Part shown: piece after piece, positions 37,458 to 47,969 of the stretch
Position numbering within the stretch: the first letter of the stretch is position 1
How the letters are laid out: the number at the start of each line of letters is the position of its first letter
DNA from: Candidatus Doudnabacteria bacterium RIFCSPHIGHO2_01_FULL_46_24
Lineage (GTDB): Bacteria; Patescibacteriota; Doudnabacteria; UBA920; O2-02-FULL-48-8
Direction: 5' to 3'
Assembly (NCBI GenBank): GCA_001777575.1
Contig: MFEL01000010.1
Span: forward strand, 84,661-148,660
Length of the DNA stretch: 64,000 bases
Position numbers and translations under genes: made by a program
Notes under the pieces: generated by a model
Seen by the model: only the letters and a program-made list of their open reading frames with translations
Databases searched by the model: none
What the model was told of the DNA's origin: nothing

Positions 37458-38831
37458 TTATGCTATATTTGTGCTATATCCAGGTATAACTTTTTTACTA
37501 ACGGCCAAGTGGATTGCCAGCAGCAAAAATAAATCCAAATACATCTCTGCTCGGACCGTAAATGACAGGTAAATAGTCATGATAATGAAAAAGCAGGCGT
37601 AGGCGTAGAGGTTTAATGATAGGAAATTTGGACTTGATTGCCAATAGCGCCAGACTGCAGCCAAGATACCAGCAAGCAGGAATGGCACGAAGACAAAAGC
37701 GGCCTTGCCGAAATCCTGAACAAATGGGAAGAGGTACGTGCCCGTGTTCCACCAGCATTTGAAGATGGCGCAAAGGTCGAAGTCAGACTTGTATTTGTTG
37801 AGCGTGGGAATCGCTTTGCCAAAAATGTTCGTGAACGGATCAAGAGAAACTTTGCCACGCTGCAAATCATTTGTCTCATAATATTCCGTGACGTGCAAAA
37901 GCGCCTGCTGGTTGAAAGAAACGCCGACATAAATCGGCAGCAAGGCCTTGCCTATGGGATTGAAGCCCGAAGAATCAATGCTGGTCACTCCGGCCAAATA
38001 ATCAGTTGTGCCATAGCTTTTATACTGCCGATAAAGCGGCACGGCGGCCAGAACCAGAACGGAAATCAAAAGAAAAATCGGATAAAACTTGAGCGCTTGC
38101 TTGAGGTTGGGTTTGCGCATCAAAAGATACAGGGCCATGACCCAAAGATCTACAAAAAATATCTGGGTGCGTGAGGCAAAGAGGGTGAGGCTTATAGCGC
38201 CGATGAGAATTATGAGTATAAGATCCCACTTTGTAGCGTTCCGATTTATCGGCTCTGGGTTTGAGCTCATAAATGGGCGCGCTACATAAAAAATCAGAAA
38301 AAAACTAAGCGGGATAAACAGCCGGGCAAACTGGGCTGTGTAATTGATTAAGCCCGGCACTTGCTCATCGGCCACGAATCGGAAGACGTCGGTGTCAGGA
38401 GCGAGCAGCGGAAAGTTGCCAGCACGGGTATAGAACATTGCAAGGGCAATAAGTGAAATGAAAAATAAGGCATAAATTATTACTCTTAAACTGTTAATTT
38501 TTAACTGTTGGCTGCTAACTCCGCTGTAGCCCGCTGATTTATCAGCGCCCATAAATGGGCGGGTTACATTTTTGCGCCAAATCCAATCAAACACATAAAA
38601 TCCAATCACAAACATACACAAAGACACGATTAAAAGCAGCCAAAAGGCCGGATACCAGTCTTTTTCAATACGCGACAGATGAAGCTGCGGCACGCCAAGT
38701 CCGATCATCCACGTCGAAAGCATGAGCCACAACGGGCTGAACTGATGTTTTCGGTCGCGCAGAAAAAGATAGAAAAACACTGCGAATAAGATTAGGAAAA
38801 TTGAGAATAAAAACATATAATATGCTCCCAT
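37458..38831 (-). CDS. Wzy-like polysaccharide polymerase (multi-TM)
   Basis: About 11 TM segments, WNTGTY...QDFG motif, located next to a flippase and GTs. Confidence 0.7.
   Translation of the reverse strand: MGAYYMFLFSIFLILFAVFFYLFLRDRKHQFSPLWLMLSTWMIGLGVPQLHLSRIEKDWYPAFWLLLIVSLCMFVIGFYVFDWIWRKNVTRPFMGADKSAGYSGVSSQQLKINSLRVIIYALFFISLIALAMFYTRAGNFPLLAPDTDVFRFVADEQVPGLINYTAQFARLFIPLSFFLIFYVARPFMSSNPEPINRNATKWDLILIILIGAISLTLFASRTQIFFVDLWVMALYLLMRKPNLKQALKFYPIFLLISVLVLAAVPLYRQYKSYGTTDYLAGVTSIDSSGFNPIGKALLPIYVGVSFNQQALLHVTEYYETNDLQRGKVSLDPFTNIFGKAIPTLNKYKSDFDLCAIFKCWWNTGTYLFPFVQDFGKAAFVFVPFLLAGILAAVWRYWQSSPNFLSLNLYAYACFFIIMTIYLSFTVRAEMYLDLFLLLAIHLAVSKKVIPGYSTNIA
38232..38286. repeat. GTAG-type REP element in wzy, copy 1
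   Basis: tgtagcg-ttccgatttat...ataaatgggcg-cgctaca. Confidence 0.7.
38525..38568. repeat. GTAG-type REP element in wzy, copy 2
   Basis: tgtagcccgctgatttat-cagcgccc-ataaatgggcgggttaca. Confidence 0.7.
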
Positions 38832-38865
38832 CCCCGCTGAAAATTTCTTAAAGTTGAGCGGGGAT
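38830..38865. repeat. atccccgc...gcggggat palindrome family (relatives at 43452-43498 and 56745-56784)
   Basis: atccccgctgaaaatttcttaaagttgagcggggat. Confidence 0.55.
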
Positions 38866-38881
38866 CTTACAAAAGCCTTTA

Positions 38882-40036
38882 CTAAGATCCCCGATTACTT
38901 GTCATGATTCTTGCCTCGGGATGATTAAGGGCTTTCAAACTCTCAAACAACGACAAAGTTTTTCTTGCTGTATTCTCCCACGAAAACCTCTTGGCTTGCT
39001 CCAAACCTTTCGCAATCATTTGCAAACGTAATTCTTTATCTGTCAAAACCTGCAGCAGGCCTTCGGCCACCGAATCAACAGAATTGGGATCCACGAGGAG
39101 TCCGGCATCCCCTACCACTTCCGGAAGTGACGAAACATCTGAAACCACTACTGGCACTCCGGACTTCATGGCCTCCAGCGGCGGCAGGCCAAAGCCTTCA
39201 TAAAGCGCCGGCAAAGTCAAAAGCGAAGCTCCGGCAAACAAAAACGGCAAATCTTCATCCGTGACATAATCTAAAACCTGCACCGCTTGACCAAGTCCGC
39301 TTTCCTTAATTTTTTGCTCGATCGGCTCCCACAGCCAGCCTTTTTTACCCACAATCACCAGTTTCTCCTCCATATGATTATCTTTCTTAATCTTGATAAA
39401 TGCTTCAACTAAGCGGGGAATGTTTTTGCGCGGCTGCATGGTGCCGACAAACAAAATGTATTTTTGATAGACCAAGCCGAACTTATCCAGCGTTGGCTGG
39501 CAATCTGAATAATTTCGCGGCCTAAACTGCTCTCCCACTGCCAAATGGATAACTTCTATCTTTTGAGGATCAACTTGGTAGTGCTTGATTAAGTCGTTTT
39601 TGGTCGATTGGGAAACGGCGACAACTTTGGCCGCTTGTTTGACCGCGTGCCTGGTGGACCAATCCAGATAATGCCGCATAAATGGCGTGAACGCCTCAGG
39701 AAATAATTTCCAGGCCACATCGTGGACCGTGACCACAGACCTTCTAGGATGCCAAATCGGCAGCGCTGAAGCCAAAATCGCCAACACGTCAACTGCATGA
39801 GTGAGCATTTCCCAGGAAATCCGCAACTGAGTCCAAAATTTTGGGAATGGAATGACTTTAAGCTTAAAATTTGGCCCAAGATGGTAAAACCATTCCTGGG
39901 GCTGGGTTCGAAAGTATAAAACGTATTGATTTTTCGCGTCGAGCCTTGCCAAATGCCTGATGAGATGGGCGGCATAAACCTCCACTCCGGTTTTTTGCGG
40001 TAAATTGGCCCGCTCTGCTTCGATGCCTATGGTCAT
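38882..40036 (-). CDS. GT4 glycosyltransferase
   Basis: TGVEVY, TVHD, QPRKN, YEGFGLPPLEAM. Confidence 0.93.
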   Translation of the reverse strand: MTIGIEAERANLPQKTGVEVYAAHLIRHLARLDAKNQYVLYFRTQPQEWFYHLGPNFKLKVIPFPKFWTQLRISWEMLTHAVDVLAILASALPIWHPRRSVVTVHDVAWKLFPEAFTPFMRHYLDWSTRHAVKQAAKVVAVSQSTKNDLIKHYQVDPQKIEVIHLAVGEQFRPRNYSDCQPTLDKFGLVYQKYILFVGTMQPRKNIPRLVEAFIKIKKDNHMEEKLVIVGKKGWLWEPIEQKIKESGLGQAVQVLDYVTDEDLPFLFAGASLLTLPALYEGFGLPPLEAMKSGVPVVVSDVSSLPEVVGDAGLLVDPNSVDSVAEGLLQVLTDKELRLQMIAKGLEQAKRFSWENTARKTLSLFESLKALNHPEARIMTSNRGS

Positions 40037-40057
40037 ATTTACTAATGATACTAATTA

Positions 40058-41503
40058 CTAGACCGTTTCCGTTTTTACATCAACTGACTTTCTTATATTC
40101 ACCGCGGCTTTGAACAAATCCCAATCCTGGCGATGGAAAAATTTAAGCAGTAAAAGTGATACCGAATAAGCCAAGGCGCCAACTGCGATAAGCAGCCAGA
40201 CATTGCGGCCGGCAAGCAGAATCAAAGCAACAGCCATAATGCCCCCGGCAATCAAGGGCTTGATAAAGTACCGAAAAAAATTGTACCGGATAATTTTTTT
40301 GTTAACCACATAGGTGTAGGCAAGCAATTGGATGATCTCGCTGCCCACAGTTATGGCCGCGGATGCCACAAACCCGAATCGCGGCAACAAAATAATATTG
40401 GCGGCTAGGTTATAAAAAAGATTGAAGCCCGTGATTTTCATGGCTGTCTTGGTCATCTGCGAAATAATCAGGCTGTTGACCGGCGAGTAAATGATGAGCA
40501 GTGAGACTGCCAGCACCAGAAGCCATAAGGCATTTGCTGCCGGCATAAAAGTTTCGCCGTAGAAAGCCAAAGTTATGGGCTTGGCCAAGATAAACGCGCC
40601 AATGGATAAAGGCACGGCCAGGGCAATCATATAGCGCGAATAGGTTTCCAGGCCCTCTTTGGCGTAATCCTTCAAATTCTTGCTCAAGGCCTCGGCAAAA
40701 AACGGATACAGCGACACGCCGACCACAGCCGGCAAAAACGCCAGCACATCCCAAAATTTATACGCCGCCGTATAATATCCGGTTTCCACGAAATCACGGA
40801 ATTTGGGCAGCAGGAGCGTGTCGATTCGGTTATAGATGCTAAAAAAGGTCAAAAAGATAAAAGGCGCGTTCATCAAAATAAGCTGCTTCCAAAACTGAAA
40901 GTCAAAAGCCGGCTTCAGCCTGACATATCGCTTGTTAACCAAAATCGAATAGACGATCAAATCAAACAAGCCCACTGCAACGCTGATTAAGGACAAGAAG
41001 AACAAGTTTTGCCGGAAGACAATGGCCAAAACCATCATGGAGGCGTTGATGAGGGAATTGAAAAAATTAATCCCGGCCATGATGGTCAGGCGCTGGAACG
41101 CGCTGACCACGGAGCGCAGCGGCAGGCTGAGGGTAGACAGGAACAACCCGAGGCTGGCCATGTATAAGGCATTTTTGACATCCACGGGGTAATCGTTGAT
41201 AAACACCACGGCATTCATAATACCGACGAACACCACGGCCAAAATTGTCTGGATGACAAAATAATTGCCCAGATACTTTTCAGCATGGGCGCGATCCTCG
41301 CTGATTTTTTTGATAACCAGCTGCGACATGCCAAGATCAATAAAAAAATTAAACACCGTAACATAGGCAGCCAGCAAGCCATACTGCCCGGTCACGGTCG
41401 GGCCCAAATACTGCGCCAGCTGGGTATAAACTAAAAACAGGATAACCCCGGCAATTATCCTGGAAACAATCAGGCTCAAAATATTGCGTCCAATCTGCAG
41501 CAT
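40058..41503 (-). CDS. Wzx flippase
   Basis: About 14 TM helices, YNRIDTLLL, GYYTAAYK. Confidence 0.88.
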   Translation of the reverse strand: MLQIGRNILSLIVSRIIAGVILFLVYTQLAQYLGPTVTGQYGLLAAYVTVFNFFIDLGMSQLVIKKISEDRAHAEKYLGNYFVIQTILAVVFVGIMNAVVFINDYPVDVKNALYMASLGLFLSTLSLPLRSVVSAFQRLTIMAGINFFNSLINASMMVLAIVFRQNLFFLSLISVAVGLFDLIVYSILVNKRYVRLKPAFDFQFWKQLILMNAPFIFLTFFSIYNRIDTLLLPKFRDFVETGYYTAAYKFWDVLAFLPAVVGVSLYPFFAEALSKNLKDYAKEGLETYSRYMIALAVPLSIGAFILAKPITLAFYGETFMPAANALWLLVLAVSLLIIYSPVNSLIISQMTKTAMKITGFNLFYNLAANIILLPRFGFVASAAITVGSEIIQLLAYTYVVNKKIIRYNFFRYFIKPLIAGGIMAVALILLAGRNVWLLIAVGALAYSVSLLLLKFFHRQDWDLFKAAVNIRKSVDVKTETV

Positions 41504-41636
41504 AGCTCAAACATTATAAAGTAAAATAAACATTTATGAAAGTTTGATTTTATTGAAAAAATTAAAATTTTAACGACACTCAGAACGCCTTTTTCGCGAT
41601 CGCGAAATTTGCGTTTTATCTAACTTAGTATTACCA

Positions 41637-42824
41637 CTACTCTTTACTTCTTTTCAAATACTTCTTACCCTTTAGTTTTTCAGGCAGATAGCTTTCCTGG
41701 TCATACATTTCATAATCCTTGCCATAGTCCAAATCTTTCATGAGCTTAGTTGGGGCATTGCGGATGTTTAGCGGAATCGGCAGGTTGCCGTGTTCCCTGA
41801 CATCCTCCACAGCTGCGAAGTAAGCATTGTAGGAATCCCGGCTTTTGGGAGCCAGGGCAAGATACGCCGCACCATGCGCCAAATTGATGGCGCATTCGGG
41901 GTAGCCAATGGTTTCGCAGGCGCGAAACACGTCATTGGCCACCATCAGCGCCTTGGGATCAGCCAGGCCCACATCTTCAGACGCAAACACGACCATACGC
42001 CGGGCGATGAATTTGGGATCCTCCCCAGCCTCCACCATGCGCGCCAAATAATAAAGCACGGCATCCGGCTGGCTGGCGCGCATGGATTTGATAAAAGCGG
42101 AAATAGTATTGTAGTGCTCGTCAGCTTGCTTGTCATAGCGCAGATGCTTGCTCTGTAAAGTGTTTTTGAGATTTTCAACCGTGATGTCCTTGTAAAACTT
42201 AACGGTATTTTCCAGCATGGTAATCGCCTGCCTGGCATCGCCATTGGCCATTCGTATTAGCCATTCCTTGGCGTCTTTGGAAAGCTGGAAGCCTGTCCGG
42301 TCAATGATCCGGTTCATCTCTTCCCCGTTCAGTTCATTCAACACAAACACGCGGCAGCGGGAAAGCAAGGGTGAAATGACTTCAAAACTCGGGTTTTCCG
42401 TTGTGGCGCCGATCAAGGTCAACTTTCCGGATTCCACGGAAGGGAGCAAATAATCCTGCTGCGCTTTGTTAAACCTGTGAATTTCATCAAGGAACAAAAC
42501 CTTAGGCTGGTCGAGGAGAGGCACTCTCCCAGCAGAGCGCTCGTCTTGGAGGGTGCCTCTCCAACCTTTCGACTCCACAATCTTCCGAATATCATCTTTA
42601 CCCGCGGAAACCGCGGACAACTCAAAATATTCCGCGCCCAAAGCGTTAGCATAAATCCTCGCCAAAGTAGTTTTGCCCACTCCCGGCGGACCCCAAAGAA
42701 TAAACGAAAACAAGTACCGACCTTTGATGGCAATGCGCAGGGGTTTGTCTTTCCCAACAAGGTGTTCCTGTCCCACAAACTCCTCCAAGCTCTTGGGCCT
42801 GATTTTTGAGGCTAGTGGTTCCAT
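41637..42824 (-). CDS. rarA: Replication-associated recombination protein RarA/MgsA
   Basis: GPPGVGKTT, DEIHRFNKAQQD, ATTENPSF, ISAFIKSMR, ASEDVG. Confidence 0.96.
   Translation of the reverse strand: MEPLASKIRPKSLEEFVGQEHLVGKDKPLRIAIKGRYLFSFILWGPPGVGKTTLARIYANALGAEYFELSAVSAGKDDIRKIVESKGWRGTLQDERSAGRVPLLDQPKVLFLDEIHRFNKAQQDYLLPSVESGKLTLIGATTENPSFEVISPLLSRCRVFVLNELNGEEMNRIIDRTGFQLSKDAKEWLIRMANGDARQAITMLENTVKFYKDITVENLKNTLQSKHLRYDKQADEHYNTISAFIKSMRASQPDAVLYYLARMVEAGEDPKFIARRMVVFASEDVGLADPKALMVANDVFRACETIGYPECAINLAHGAAYLALAPKSRDSYNAYFAAVEDVREHGNLPIPLNIRNAPTKLMKDLDYGKDYEMYDQESYLPEKLKGKKYLKRSKE
42515..42562. repeat. Palindromic insert within rarA
   Basis: ggagaggcactctcc-N18-ggagggtgcctctcc, 48 bp, in frame. 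Confidence 0.65.
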
Positions 42825-42931
42825 GGCTTAAATAATAAACAGAAATCAGCAAACAGGCAAAAAAACAAAGCGGCTTTTTTGCCGCCTTGGCTATTATAGC
42901 ACAATGTCTCACCCGAGGTACAGTTTGTTAT

Positions 42932-43317
42932 TCAACTCTGGTTTAACCTATCAATTTGTTCAATAATTCCCGTTAATTTCTGCTGCACATGCTCCATCCC
43001 ATCATTGAGTTCCTTTTCAACTCGCTTCCAAACAGGATGGTTGTCTATGGCCGCCTTGACATCGTCTTCGTATCGAACAGGGGTGCGGCCGACAGGTCTT
43101 GGGTTTAATAACCTGTAAGCTTTGACAAATTCTTCCGCTGATCGCGAAGTTTCTTTGCCATTGTCTCTAACGCCTGCAGTGCTGATTCTTTTTCTTTCTC
43201 CAACGCCTGAAGTTCTCTCGGTTTTTGATCTCCATTTTCAACCCGACCTTCTGACACCCTCATCATAGCCTGATCTCTTTCGGACATGCCCCCTATATCT
43301 TCTTCTGGTCTTGGCAT
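42932..43317 (-). pseudogene. Hypothetical helical protein with a probable frameshift near 43140
   Basis: The 70-aa ORF continues in another frame as AEEFVKAYRLLNPRPVGRTPVRYEDDVKAAIDNHPVWKRVEKELNDGMEHVQQKLTGIIEQIDRLNQS*. Confidence 0.5.
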
Positions 43318-43501
43318 AAAAAATAAAACTTAATTGGTTAACCTTATAGTAGTCTCTCTCTGGATGTTAAGCGCCAAAAATTGAGGCCTACCTAAATGTG
43401 CCATGGCACAAATAGGTCATTTAACGCCTCACATGCATTTAAGGCGTTAAAATCCCGCCTGCCTACCGGCTCAACTCAAAGGAATTCTTAGCGGGGATGG
43501 G

Positions 43502-45232
43502 TCAGGGTATAACATTTCCTTTTTCGTAAGCTTCAACCTCGGCTTGCGGCAGGATCGTGGCTTTGGGGTAGCGGGCTTTTTTGTAGGAGACAGCTGTGAA
43601 CATGCTCAATACGCCATTTTCGACTTTGTAAATCGCAGTTGACTGGTCGCCCTTAAGCACGGTGCCGTCTTTGGGCGGGAAGGGCACGCCCGTTGGGATT
43701 TGGTTGAATTCTTCCGCCCCGATCATCAGGCGCGGGAAGTTGCCCACGCTTCTTTGTTGGAACACGAACGCGGACACAAACTGTTTTTGCCCATTCTTAA
43801 ACCAAAAGATGCCGGTGTCCCCTTTCAGGCTGATGGAAATCGATTCCGGCGGGTAAACAAACTGGCCCGAAGGAATACCCAAGACTTCGGCGTCTGTCAA
43901 TTTCATCAGCTTGGCAAACGAAAACTTGCGCGCCACAAACACTTCGTAAGAAATCGGGCGCTTCAAGCCGGCGTCAACCAGATACACGGTCAAATCGGTT
44001 TCGCCCGTGATGAGCGTGCCGTCAACCGGGGCAACAAACGAACCGGTTTCGTAAGAGTCAACTTCAGCTTGGGGCAGGGTCACGACATTGGCAAACGAAA
44101 ATTTGCGCTGGACGAATACCGGATAAGAAATGGCGTGCTTTTTGGTGTCTTCAATCAGATAAACGGCCGGACTGACATCACCTTTGATGAGAGTGCTGTC
44201 AAGCGGCGGCATGGGTTTTTCCGAAATATAGGAATCGAACTCGGTCTGCGACACGCTGATGACATTATTCGTGTTGATTTTGCGCTGTGTCGCCACGAAT
44301 TGAGAAAACGGCCGTTTGGCGCCATTGTCAATGACGTAGAAATTCGGATCGCCGACTAACTGGATGACTGTGCCATTGGGATACTTAAACCACAGCGAAT
44401 AATATCGCCAAAAATTGTAATTGCCGTTGAAGACGTGCGGTGTATAACGGTAAAGCGCGGCTGTGGCAAAATTGCCCAAAGAAAGGCTTTGGGTTGCGGC
44501 CACGTTGTCAAAGCCGCCTAAAGTGTTGTCCAAGATGATCGTATCCCCTTTCCGCGCGGTTCTGGCAATGGGCCTGCCAAAAGTCTGGCTGGAGGCATCC
44601 ACGCCCGGGCCGCGGCCCACACGCACGCCGCCGACTTCAGTGCGGAACGATTTCATTAGAGAAGCAGCCGCGCCCAGCCACCGGCTGCCGGAAGAATCAA
44701 AACTGCCGAACAGCTGCCGGTAAAAACCCAAAAAGATTTCGCCGCAGCCTTCGTAATCCGGGCAACCAAACCCCAAGGCGCGGTCCAGGCGGTTCTGCAA
44801 ACTGTTGCCGTTAAAATTGCCCAAAATCAGGCTTTGCTCTTTTTGCAGCATGACCAGCATCACCTGCGGATTTAACCCCTTGGAAACCGAGGCGTCATAA
44901 ATCAACTCGGAGGCAGTGCGCAGCCGGCCCAAATTGGGACTGGGGTCCTCGAGCGCGACCTTGGTCAGGGTGTCCGGCTCTTTGAGTTTGAGCAAAAAAT
45001 CCTGGCTGGTGTCGGCCAGCAAAGAGTTGTGCTGCTCGAAAAATTTCTGAATGCCGGCAGCCGAGCCAAAAGTGCCAACATCGGCAAAAGCCTCGTCAGG
45101 GATCAAAAGGCTGGGATTGAAAGCCGGATCAATCGCGCCCTGTCCTAAGGCAACGAGAGGCGCGGAAATCACAAATCCTAAAGTCAGAACTACCAATATT
45201 TTGGCTTTTGAATTTTGACTTTTTAATTTCAT
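43502..45232 (-). CDS. Secreted protein: putative cell-wall-active N-domain plus tandem 'G.LI.G....VY.I..G.KR' repeats
   Basis: Signal peptide, NPQV.L..LQKEQSLI, A.GFGCPD, ATAALYRYTPH; about 6 C-terminal repeats. Confidence 0.7.
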   Translation of the reverse strand: MKLKSQNSKAKILVVLTLGFVISAPLVALGQGAIDPAFNPSLLIPDEAFADVGTFGSAAGIQKFFEQHNSLLADTSQDFLLKLKEPDTLTKVALEDPSPNLGRLRTASELIYDASVSKGLNPQVMLVMLQKEQSLILGNFNGNSLQNRLDRALGFGCPDYEGCGEIFLGFYRQLFGSFDSSGSRWLGAAASLMKSFRTEVGGVRVGRGPGVDASSQTFGRPIARTARKGDTIILDNTLGGFDNVAATQSLSLGNFATAALYRYTPHVFNGNYNFWRYYSLWFKYPNGTVIQLVGDPNFYVIDNGAKRPFSQFVATQRKINTNNVISVSQTEFDSYISEKPMPPLDSTLIKGDVSPAVYLIEDTKKHAISYPVFVQRKFSFANVVTLPQAEVDSYETGSFVAPVDGTLITGETDLTVYLVDAGLKRPISYEVFVARKFSFAKLMKLTDAEVLGIPSGQFVYPPESISISLKGDTGIFWFKNGQKQFVSAFVFQQRSVGNFPRLMIGAEEFNQIPTGVPFPPKDGTVLKGDQSTAIYKVENGVLSMFTAVSYKKARYPKATILPQAEVEAYEKGNVIP

Positions 45233-47235
45233 AGTATTGGGCTCCCGGGGGCAATGACCTCAATCTCTGCTTGCGGCAGAATTTTAATGCTCGAAAACTT
45301 GTAGCCGCGGGAAACGAAAGCATTATAAGACAGCGGCCGACGCGTACCGTTTTCAATCACCGAAACTTCAGCAGATGCGGCTGATTTGACCAAAGTACCC
45401 TCCAACGGCGGCAGCCAGTATGAATCGCCGGGTGCCGGAATATGTAAAAATTCATCCTGAGTCACGGAGATGACTTTGGCGAACGAAAGTTGGCGCTGGG
45501 TAAAGATAAAATAAGTCACCGCTCGTCTCACTCCTTGGTTCATAACATATACCGTAGGATCGCCCTTAATCAACACCATGGTGCCATCATAAGGGGCAGC
45601 CCACTCGCCGGTTAGGACATCCGCCACTTCAGAGCTGGAAAGCGTATAGACATTGGCAAAACTGTAGCCGCGGGTTATAAACACCAAATAAGTCAACGGC
45701 CGCTTGAATTCCTGTTCAATGACATACACCGTCGGGTCAGTCTCATTTTTTATCAACGTGCCCTCAAGCGGCGGCAGAGCGGGACCGGCTGGGAAGGCAG
45801 CGAGCTGATTTGAGACCTCATTGGTTATTGAAGTCTCGCTAAAGCCGCGCTGATTGAAGACAAAGCTCGAGATGAAACGTTTGGTGGAACCCGAGATGAG
45901 ATAAATCCTCCCCGTGACGGATTCACGAATAAGCGAGCCCTCGCTTGCCGGCAGGGGTGATAGCGCTTTCAGCGCATTGATTCTCCCTTTCCCCAAAAAA
46001 CCGTTGCAGGAAGAGCCAAGGCAGTTGTCTTGGTTTACGGCATCAATATTATCGGTAGAGCGAAGCAAAACGTTACGCAGTTCGACATTGCTTAAATTGG
46101 GGCTTGCGGATTTGACCAGCGCCGCCATTGCCGAAACTATGGGGGTGGCCAGTGAGGTGCCTGAGCCATAAATTAAGACATTGTTGGCGGGATCCGAAGG
46201 CAGATAGGCGGTGGTTAAAATCTTTTTGCCGGGAGCTGAAACATCCACGCAATTGATGCCAAAGTTGGAAAAGTTAGCCTTGCGATCGGAAACATCAGTG
46301 GCGGCAACTCCCAAAACCATGTTTGAGCCGAGATCCGAACAAATGGGGTAAACCGGCTTGGTGTCCAAATTGCTGCCTTGATCAGCTAAATCATTGCCGG
46401 CCGCGGACACGATCAAAACACCCCGATTAAAGGCATAGGAAATCGCATTGTTCAAAGCCGCGTCAGCGCCAAATCCGGGACCCCCGAGGCTTAAATTGAT
46501 AATCTGAGCACCATGGTCTGAGGCCCAAACAATCCCGGCGGCGACCGCGGCGACGGTGCCTGTACCGTCGGCATGCAAAGCTTTGATCGGCATAATTTTC
46601 ACACTTTGGTTTACCCCGGCGATGCCTCGGCCGTTGTTGGGAATAGCGCCGATCACTCCGGCAACCGCCGTGCCGTGGCCGTTATCATCAGAGTTGGAAT
46701 TCGCCGGGATGGTTTCATTTTTTATTGTGTCGTAGCCTTCGATAATGCGGCCATCATTAAGTTCGATGTGCGAAGCATGAATGCCGGTATCTATAACCGC
46801 AATTGTGACATTGGAACTGCCCCGCGACAACTCCCAAGCCTCAGGAATTTTTACCCTCGCCAAATACCATTGCTTTTCATCCTGAGTCGAATCAACCGTG
46901 AAATAAGGATCGTTGGTGATGATGGTCGCGGCTGCAAGTTGACGATTGGGTTGGACATACTCAAAAACATTATCCGATTGCATCGCTTTGACTAGATAAC
47001 GGCTGATCCTCCCGCTGTAAACGGTTTGCAAGCCATTGTGAGCCTCATACACAAGCTGGTGGCTCTGAAACGGGTACTTCGCCAAAACCGTCTGGCTATT
47101 CCCTGGGTCCTTGAGTCCAAAAACAATATCGACTCGCTGTTCGTTAAAAAATACGAATACGGCACCAAATAAAAAAATCGGCAGAATAAGCGCTGCAAAA
47201 ATTTTCCAGTTCAATTTGTGAAGTGTAAAAGTCAA
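45229..47235 (-). CDS. S8 subtilisin-like serine protease with C-terminal repeats
   Basis: AVIDTG, HGTAVAG, GTSLATP catalytic triad; 4 repeats of the same type as the neighbour. Confidence 0.92.
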   Translation of the reverse strand: MTFTLHKLNWKIFAALILPIFLFGAVFVFFNEQRVDIVFGLKDPGNSQTVLAKYPFQSHQLVYEAHNGLQTVYSGRISRYLVKAMQSDNVFEYVQPNRQLAAATIITNDPYFTVDSTQDEKQWYLARVKIPEAWELSRGSSNVTIAVIDTGIHASHIELNDGRIIEGYDTIKNETIPANSNSDDNGHGTAVAGVIGAIPNNGRGIAGVNQSVKIMPIKALHADGTGTVAAVAAGIVWASDHGAQIINLSLGGPGFGADAALNNAISYAFNRGVLIVSAAGNDLADQGSNLDTKPVYPICSDLGSNMVLGVAATDVSDRKANFSNFGINCVDVSAPGKKILTTAYLPSDPANNVLIYGSGTSLATPIVSAMAALVKSASPNLSNVELRNVLLRSTDNIDAVNQDNCLGSSCNGFLGKGRINALKALSPLPASEGSLIRESVTGRIYLISGSTKRFISSFVFNQRGFSETSITNEVSNQLAAFPAGPALPPLEGTLIKNETDPTVYVIEQEFKRPLTYLVFITRGYSFANVYTLSSSEVADVLTGEWAAPYDGTMVLIKGDPTVYVMNQGVRRAVTYFIFTQRQLSFAKVISVTQDEFLHIPAPGDSYWLPPLEGTLVKSAASAEVSVIENGTRRPLSYNAFVSRGYKFSSIKILPQAEIEVIAPGSPIL

Positions 47236-47237
47236 TT

Positions 47238-47969
47238 CTATTGATGGTTATATGGGGCGTACTTCCCAGTCAAGGCTCTCCACTTAATAATAAACAAATC
47301 GCGCAGAGATTCCAAAAAGGCGGTTGGAGGGACAGTGCTTTCCCCGGGATCGTTGCGGATAATGGGCACGGCTTTTATTCTATAACTGAATTTCAAGGCA
47401 ATTGCAAGCAATTCCATGTCAAACGCCCAACCGTGGATAGTCAGATTTCGAAAGATCTGCCTCGCGGCTCCAGCGCGAAAAGCTTTGAACCCAGCCTGCG
47501 TATCGTGAATATGGGTAACCAGCACGATCTGAATCAAATAATTGCTGAGTCGAGAGAGTATGGTTCTAAACCAAGGCTGGTGCGAATGGTGGACGGGATC
47601 CAAATAACGATCGCCTATCACGACTTCCACCCCGGATTCCAAATACGGCCAAAACTTTTCGATTTCGGAAATCGGCGTGGCATCGTCGGCATCCATAAAC
47701 ATTATATACTGACCCGTAGCTTCCGAAACGCCACGCTGGACAGCCGCTCCCTTGCCCTTGCTCCATTCCTCCAGAATCCTTGCGTTCTGGACAGACGAGC
47801 TTTCCATTTCCTTTACAACCCTGGCAGTATGATCGCGGCTGTTGTTGTCCACGACAATGATTTCGTAACCGTAATTTTGTTTCTCGAGATATTGATCCAC
47901 ATCCTCCAGCGTTTTTCTAATCCGTTTCTCTTCGTTGAAGGCTGGGATGATTACTGAGAGTTTTATCAT
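47238..47969 (-). CDS. GT2 polyprenyl-phosphate glycosyltransferase (DPG-synthase-like)
   Basis: SVIIPAFNEE, GKGAAV, FMDAD, DTQAGFK, WAFDME. Confidence 0.9.
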   Translation of the reverse strand: MIKLSVIIPAFNEEKRIRKTLEDVDQYLEKQNYGYEIIVVDNNSRDHTARVVKEMESSSVQNARILEEWSKGKGAAVQRGVSEATGQYIMFMDADDATPISEIEKFWPYLESGVEVVIGDRYLDPVHHSHQPWFRTILSRLSNYLIQIVLVTHIHDTQAGFKAFRAGAARQIFRNLTIHGWAFDMELLAIALKFSYRIKAVPIIRNDPGESTVPPTAFLESLRDLFIIKWRALTGKYAPYNHQ

